Origin: an uncultured Actinomycetota bacterium
GTDB taxonomy: Bacteria; Actinomycetota; Humimicrobiia; Humimicrobiales; Humimicrobiaceae
Assembly (NCBI GenBank): GCA_964481885.1
Contig: CAYZUS010000009.1
Location: 4,576-68,575 of the forward strand
Length of the DNA stretch: 64,000 nt
Direction of reading: 5' to 3'
Under the pieces are notes generated by a model. That model ran no database searches, was not told the DNA's origin, and saw nothing but the letters and a program-made list of their open reading frames with translations. The translations under genes and the position numbers were made by a program. How positions within the stretch are numbered: the stretch's first letter is position 1; every line of letters begins with the position of its first letter. Below, piece after piece: positions 59,658-64,000 of this stretch.

Positions 59658-60335
59658 ATGGAAGCAATTTTACATCTTGATTTAATGGCAATACTGACGA
59701 CAATTTTTAAGGTCGCAGGAATAGGATATATTATAATATTTGCCATAATCTTTGCAGAATCAGGGCTGCTTATAGGCATTTTCTTTCCGGGTGACAGCCT
59801 GCTTTTTGCTGCAGGACTGCTTGCAAGCAGAGGGGTTTTGAATATCTGGATACTTGTTGCCATAACATTTGTCGCTGCAGTTTCAGGAGACAGCGTAGGT
59901 TATTCTTTCGGCCATAAAGTCGGACCAATGCTCTTTAAGAGGGAAAACTCCAGAATCTTTAAAAAAGAAAACCTTTTAAAGGCTGAAAGTTTCTATGAGA
60001 GACACGGCTCAAAGACGATAGTGCTTGCAAGGTTTATCCCCATAATCAGGACTTTTGCTCCTATTGTTGCAGGAGTTGGAAAGATGAAGTACAGGACTTT
60101 TATTGTTTATAACGTTGCGGGTGGCGCGTTATGGGCGCTGTCTGTTCCGCTTATCGGATATTATTTAATAAAAATCCTTCCTGAAAAATATCAGGATGGT
60201 GTGGATAAATACCTTATCCTCATAATACTTCTTATAGTCGTGGTTTCGGCTATCCCGGCATTTCTTGAGTTTATAAAAGCCAGGAAAAAAAAGGCTCATG
60301 AGAAGGAGTCTGCTGTTGAGAAAGAAGATAAATAA
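59658..60335 (+). CDS. DedA/SNARE-associated family membrane protein
   Basis: …FFPGDSLLFAAGLL…VLARFIPIIRTFAPIVAGVGKM…, with the conserved DedA core motifs. Confidence 0.85.
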   Translation: MEAILHLDLMAILTTIFKVAGIGYIIIFAIIFAESGLLIGIFFPGDSLLFAAGLLASRGVLNIWILVAITFVAAVSGDSVGYSFGHKVGPMLFKRENSRIFKKENLLKAESFYERHGSKTIVLARFIPIIRTFAPIVAGVGKMKYRTFIVYNVAGGALWALSVPLIGYYLIKILPEKYQDGVDKYLILIILLIVVVSAIPAFLEFIKARKKKAHEKESAVEKEDK

Positions 60336-60337
60336 TT

Positions 60338-60688
60338 TTAAACTAACTTCAGGCAGTCGCCGGTCTTTAGTGAGCAGGCTCTCACGCTACCTGATTTCAG
60401 CTCTACTGTCCTGGCTGCTCCTTTTATAAATGGTGTTACCCTGAATGGTTTTAAATTTTCAAAAAACCTTATGGCCCTGTTATCAGAATCAAGGAATAAG
60501 ACATCAATAGGGTAACGCATCCAGAACGTGTGGACGCTGCTGCAGTTATCAATAAGAAGTCCCTCACCCTCTTTTAATGGAGCTGAAAACACAAGCCCGA
60601 ATAACTTCCTGATAAATGAATCCGCTTCTTTTATATCACTGGAAATTAAAAAAACACTTCCTTCAGCTGTTATCCTGTATAACTTCAT
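60338..60688 (-). CDS. DUF192-family protein
   Basis: …IDNCSSVHTFWMRYPIDVLFLD… is the characteristic DUF192 core. 116 aa. Confidence 0.65.
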   Translation of the reverse strand: MKLYRITAEGSVFLISSDIKEADSFIRKLFGLVFSAPLKEGEGLLIDNCSSVHTFWMRYPIDVLFLDSDNRAIRFFENLKPFRVTPFIKGAARTVELKSGSVRACSLKTGDCLKLV

Positions 60689-61103
60689 AAAACTAGTTTT
60701 CCTGTTTATGTTTAATCAAAAAAACCATATCCGCTGCTGCAATCCTCTATAACTGTAAATAACTTTTTTTCATGTTTTCTTATAAACTACGTATTTACCG
60801 GATCCTATTTTATAAGCCTGCTGATTGCCAAAACTCTGGTAAAGAGCTCTATAGACAAAGCAAGCATTCTAATTTTCGACCATAATTATATTTCTTTTGC
60901 ATAATTATGTAAATGTCCAAAAAGAATTTTTTTTTGAATATTAGTTTTCGGGAGATTTTTATAAAAGATATGATGATCCGTGCCGGATATTCCGTGGGCA
61001 ATAGCAATATTTTCAGAGATCATCAGCGATGGATTTGGTTATAAAGCAAATGACTATTACTAAGTACACTGAATCAATAAAAGATTCGCATTTGGTTTAG
61101 TGG

Positions 61104-61180
61104 ATGGTCGGGATGGCGGGATTTGAACCCACGACCTCAGCGTCCCGAACGCTGCGCGCTACCAAGCTACGCTACATCCC
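61104..61180 (-). tRNA. tRNA-Pro (anticodon CGG)
   Basis: Minus-strand sequence CGGGATG-TA-GCGT-AGCTTGGTA-GCGC-G-CAGCG-TTCGGGA-CGCTG-AGGTC-GTGGG-TTCAAAT-CCCGC-CATCCCG-A-CCA. It has a 7-bp acceptor, D/AC/T arms and a GTTCAAATC T-loop. Anticodon-loop positions 34-36 are CGG. The 3' CCA is encoded. Confidence 0.85.
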
Positions 61181-61395
61181 GACTTAACATAGGACGTTCT
61201 AATTATATACTATTTTGTATTTTGAGTTAACAGATATTTTTATTTTGTCATTTGATAAATAAAACATATTGACTGTTTTTATTTAAAAACCAGTCCTGGA
61301 ATATAACTTGTGCAGGATTATATAATGCTTTATAAAACATTATATAAAAATACCGCACAAAGACTGTTGACTGAGCACGAATGATATCGGGCCAA

Positions 61396-62784
61396 TCAGG
61401 TGATTGCGTTTATGACTTTCAGGGTATCCTCATAAGTGCTCACTGAAAAAAAGTCATTTTTTACCCTGCTGATTTTATGGACTCCCTTAAATATCCAGGC
61501 AAGATGTTTCCTGAATTCTCTGACAGCCTTTTCTTCACCTTTAAATTCTATGAGCACCTTGATATAGAGCTTTGCAAACCTTTGTTTAAGACCGACTGAG
61601 GGTTTAAAGAATCTGTCAGCTGTAACAGTGAAGCCACTTCCGTCTTTGGGACCTTCGATCCCGAGCGCAGCCAGTATGTCAAAGAAAATCCAGTGATTTC
61701 CCTTTGCGGCCCGTCCGACCATCACGCCGTCACATCCTGTTTCTTCAAGCACCTGTTTTGCCCTTGCAGGACCGTCAATATCGCCGCTTGCAATAACCGG
61801 GATTTTCACCAGATTCTTGACCTTGCTTAAATAACTGTAATCAGCTTCACCTGAAAATCCCTGTTTAACTGTCCTTCCGTGAATTGTTATTGCGCTTGCT
61901 CCGCAGGCTTCGGCAATCTTTGCTACATTTTCAATGTTTATACTGTTTTTATCCCAGCCCAGTCTGACCTTGACCGTCAAAGGCTTTTTAATCCTGCCGG
62001 TCACTGTGGATATTATTTTGGCAATGTTTTGTTCATCAGTTAAAAGAAAACCGCCACTTTTGGCTTTTAATACCTTTGGCACCGGGCATCCCATGTTTAT
62101 GTCCACAATGTCCCCATATTGCTCCACAATTTCTGCTGCTTCACAAAGAATGTCAGGGTCACACCCGAATAACTGCACTGCACATGGTCTCTCGTGTTCT
62201 GTTATTCCGGCAAGCGACAGACTTTCACTGTGTTTATAATGCAGGCCATAAGAGGAAATCATTTCGGTAAAGTTTAAAGCCGATCCGAAAGCAGTCGCAA
62301 ATATCCTGTAGGCGCTATCGCTTATCCCTGCAAGCGGCGCTGAAATCACGGGGTTTTTAATTAACAGACTGCCTATTTTAAAGCAGTGGCGGGGCTGGGA
62401 GTAATTCAGCCTGCCTGTAAAATCTTTATCAGGATTAATTTCACCGGCATCCACAGCAGTTTCCCCGTCTTTACAGGCTCCGGCGGTCTTACGGGATTCA
62501 CATGCTTCTTTGGTCGCACTTGCTTTGCTGGCTCCAATAGCTTCACTGGCTCCACCGGACTTATCAGCTTTAACTGCTTTGCTGACTTCAACGCTTCCGC
62601 CGGCATCCCAAACGGCTCTGGCCGCTCCAACTGCTTCTACTGCTTCAAAATCAATGCTGCATGGATCACAATAGGGTCGGTGATACAGAGTAAACTCTTT
62701 AATGTAGCTTAAGACAACTGATCTTAGCTCAAGCAGCAATTCCCCGGAAAGTTGCCCCTGAATGGTTCTATCTGTTTTTTTCAA
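61396..62784 (-). CDS. tRNA-dihydrouridine synthase (DusB-like) with an N-terminal extension of about 135 aa
   Basis: Dus core starts at about residue 138 (…NPVISAPLAGISDSAYR…VQLFG…DINMGCPVPKV…KVRLGW…). The N-terminus has an Ala/Ser/Gly/Lys-rich low-complexity tract encoded by a relatively GC-rich repetitive segment. The start overlaps the coaX stop by 17 nt. There is no internal Met before the core. Confidence 0.8.
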   Translation of the reverse strand: MKKTDRTIQGQLSGELLLELRSVVLSYIKEFTLYHRPYCDPCSIDFEAVEAVGAARAVWDAGGSVEVSKAVKADKSGGASEAIGASKASATKEACESRKTAGACKDGETAVDAGEINPDKDFTGRLNYSQPRHCFKIGSLLIKNPVISAPLAGISDSAYRIFATAFGSALNFTEMISSYGLHYKHSESLSLAGITEHERPCAVQLFGCDPDILCEAAEIVEQYGDIVDINMGCPVPKVLKAKSGGFLLTDEQNIAKIISTVTGRIKKPLTVKVRLGWDKNSINIENVAKIAEACGASAITIHGRTVKQGFSGEADYSYLSKVKNLVKIPVIASGDIDGPARAKQVLEETGCDGVMVGRAAKGNHWIFFDILAALGIEGPKDGSGFTVTADRFFKPSVGLKQRFAKLYIKVLIEFKGEEKAVREFRKHLAWIFKGVHKISRVKNDFFSVSTYEDTLKVINAIT

Positions 62785-63550
62785 CTAATATCTTTAAACC
62801 TTTCAATGTCAGATCCGGATCATGTATTTTTATAAACCTGCTGTTCAAAACCATAAGAACCGAAAGCCCTCCTGTAGCAATTATTTTTGGCGCATAGTTT
62901 TTATCCTTTGCCTTCATTTCCTCCAATATTTTTTCTGTTATAAAATCCACCTGGCCAAGAGACCCGAACATAATTCCGGATCTTATGCCGTCATATGAAT
63001 TTTTGCCGATAACCGAGGAAGGCCAGCTCAAATCGACTTTGCTTAATTTGGCGGCGTAATTAAAGAGGGCCTCCGAAGAAATTTCAATTCCCGGAGCTAT
63101 CGCCCCGCCGAGATACTCGCCTTTGGCAGAAAGTACATCAAAAGTGGTTGCTGTGCCAAAATCAAGCACAATTGCCGGGCATCCATAGAGTTCTTTTGCG
63201 GCAACAGCATTTACGATCCTGTCTGCCCCAATCTCCTTTGGGTAATCATATTCCGTGAACACAAGGCCTGTTTCTACGGTACTGTCAATCACAAAGGGCT
63301 TTAAGTTAAAATACTGCATGCCCATCCGGCTTATCTCAAATAATATCCTTGGCACCACGCAGGAGACGGCTATTTCTTTTACCTTTCCCGGATCGAAACC
63401 GGATATCTGCAAAAAGCTCAGTATCACTACGGCTATTTCATCTGCAGTTTCACGTCTTGGAGTAAACATCCTCCATGAACGCATCAACGTATCATCTTTG
63501 AAAAGCCCTATTACTGTCTGCGTATTCCCTATATCAATTGCAAGAAGCAT
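62768..63550 (-). CDS. coaX: Type III pantothenate kinase
   Basis: MLLAIDIGNTQTVIGL…VLDFGTATTFDV…. The start is at the Met preceded by GGAGG (the ORF opens at 63574). Confidence 0.85.
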   Translation of the reverse strand: MLLAIDIGNTQTVIGLFKDDTLMRSWRMFTPRRETADEIAVVILSFLQISGFDPGKVKEIAVSCVVPRILFEISRMGMQYFNLKPFVIDSTVETGLVFTEYDYPKEIGADRIVNAVAAKELYGCPAIVLDFGTATTFDVLSAKGEYLGGAIAPGIEISSEALFNYAAKLSKVDLSWPSSVIGKNSYDGIRSGIMFGSLGQVDFITEKILEEMKAKDKNYAPKIIATGGLSVLMVLNSRFIKIHDPDLTLKGLKILVEKNR

Positions 63551-63643
63551 AATTCCTCCAGATTTTTTCATCAAAATATACTATATATTTAAGTTTAATT
63601 TTGCACCAAAGCGGTTCAGTGCCAAAAGAGCTTTACCTGCAAA

Positions 63644-63949
63644 TTACCAGTTTTTATCTTCAGGAAAAATATTGTTATATATCATCTTGGTTCTGGGCTC
63701 CAACAACATTGGTTGCGCATACTGGCACCATTCAGCATAATGTGCTGTTTCCTTATGTGCGGTGATTCCTTCTGCAGATTTATATACTTCTGAAATAACA
63801 AATTTTGCAGGGTCGTCCTGCTGCTGCAACAGGTCAAACCTAATTACTCCCGGCTCTTTTATACTGTTTGAGGCATTTTTTACCGTTGCTTCCCTAAAAG
63901 CTTCAATCATTTCAGGCTTTACGGTGCAAAAAACATGTAATATCAGCAT
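63644..63949 (-). CDS. ABM-domain (antibiotic biosynthesis monooxygenase-like) protein
   Basis: A ferredoxin-like ABM fold of about 100 aa (…ILHVFCTVKPE…AFREA…HKETAHY…). Confidence 0.65.
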   Translation of the reverse strand: MLILHVFCTVKPEMIEAFREATVKNASNSIKEPGVIRFDLLQQQDDPAKFVISEVYKSAEGITAHKETAHYAEWCQYAQPMLLEPRTKMIYNNIFPEDKNW

Positions 63950-64000
63950 TAAATATCTCCTTTTTTTTTTAAAATTGAATAATAATTGGTGAATAATAAA

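Noticed and set aside
61104-61180. tRNA-Pro as an integration site for a genomic island
   Set aside because: No integrase, no direct repeat of the tRNA 3' end, and no obvious foreign gene block flank the tRNA within the window.

Overview
This is a low-GC (about 35%) bacterial chromosomal window, and the gene content is bacterial. The evidence includes bacterial-type SSB, MltG, an LCP protein, Rex, CoaX, Dus, RlmN, a single-chain large PurL, and a tRNA-Pro with an encoded CCA. I cannot assign the phylum from sequence alone. The first 20 kb is a signalling and cytoskeleton-rich island. It holds two very large PAS/GAF hybrid histidine kinases with Hpt domains, a CheB-CheR-PAS fusion, an OmpR-type regulator, a GGDEF cyclase, and four bactofilin paralogues. 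Two of the bactofilin genes lie in a 570-bp segmental duplication flanked by 28-bp tandem iterons. A conserved purine de novo operon (purB-purL-purF-purM-purN) follows, then a Rex-LCP pair, a periplasmic-sensor GGDEF/HD-GYP protein, mltG and an ssb with an atypical C-terminus. Next comes a Tad/Flp pilus locus (cpaB-tadZ-tadA-tadB-tadC-flp-tadE-tadE/G). It has no secretin or prepilin peptidase, and its flp leader carries a repeated Shine-Dalgarno array. The distal 17 kb carries a RES-Xre toxin-antitoxin pair with a palindromic operator, rlmN, a MarR/MFS/GT1 xenobiotic-type module, a DUF4126/CPBP-protease/lipoprotein group, corA, dedA, tRNA-Pro(CGG), a Dus with an unusual N-terminal extension, coaX and an ABM monooxygenase. 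No transposases, integrases, CRISPR arrays or rRNA genes are evident. The most unusual structures I see are the bactofilin duplication with palindrome-containing iterons and a shared upstream motif, a perfect 4x23-bp direct-repeat array beside the response regulator, and the repeated SD leader of flp.
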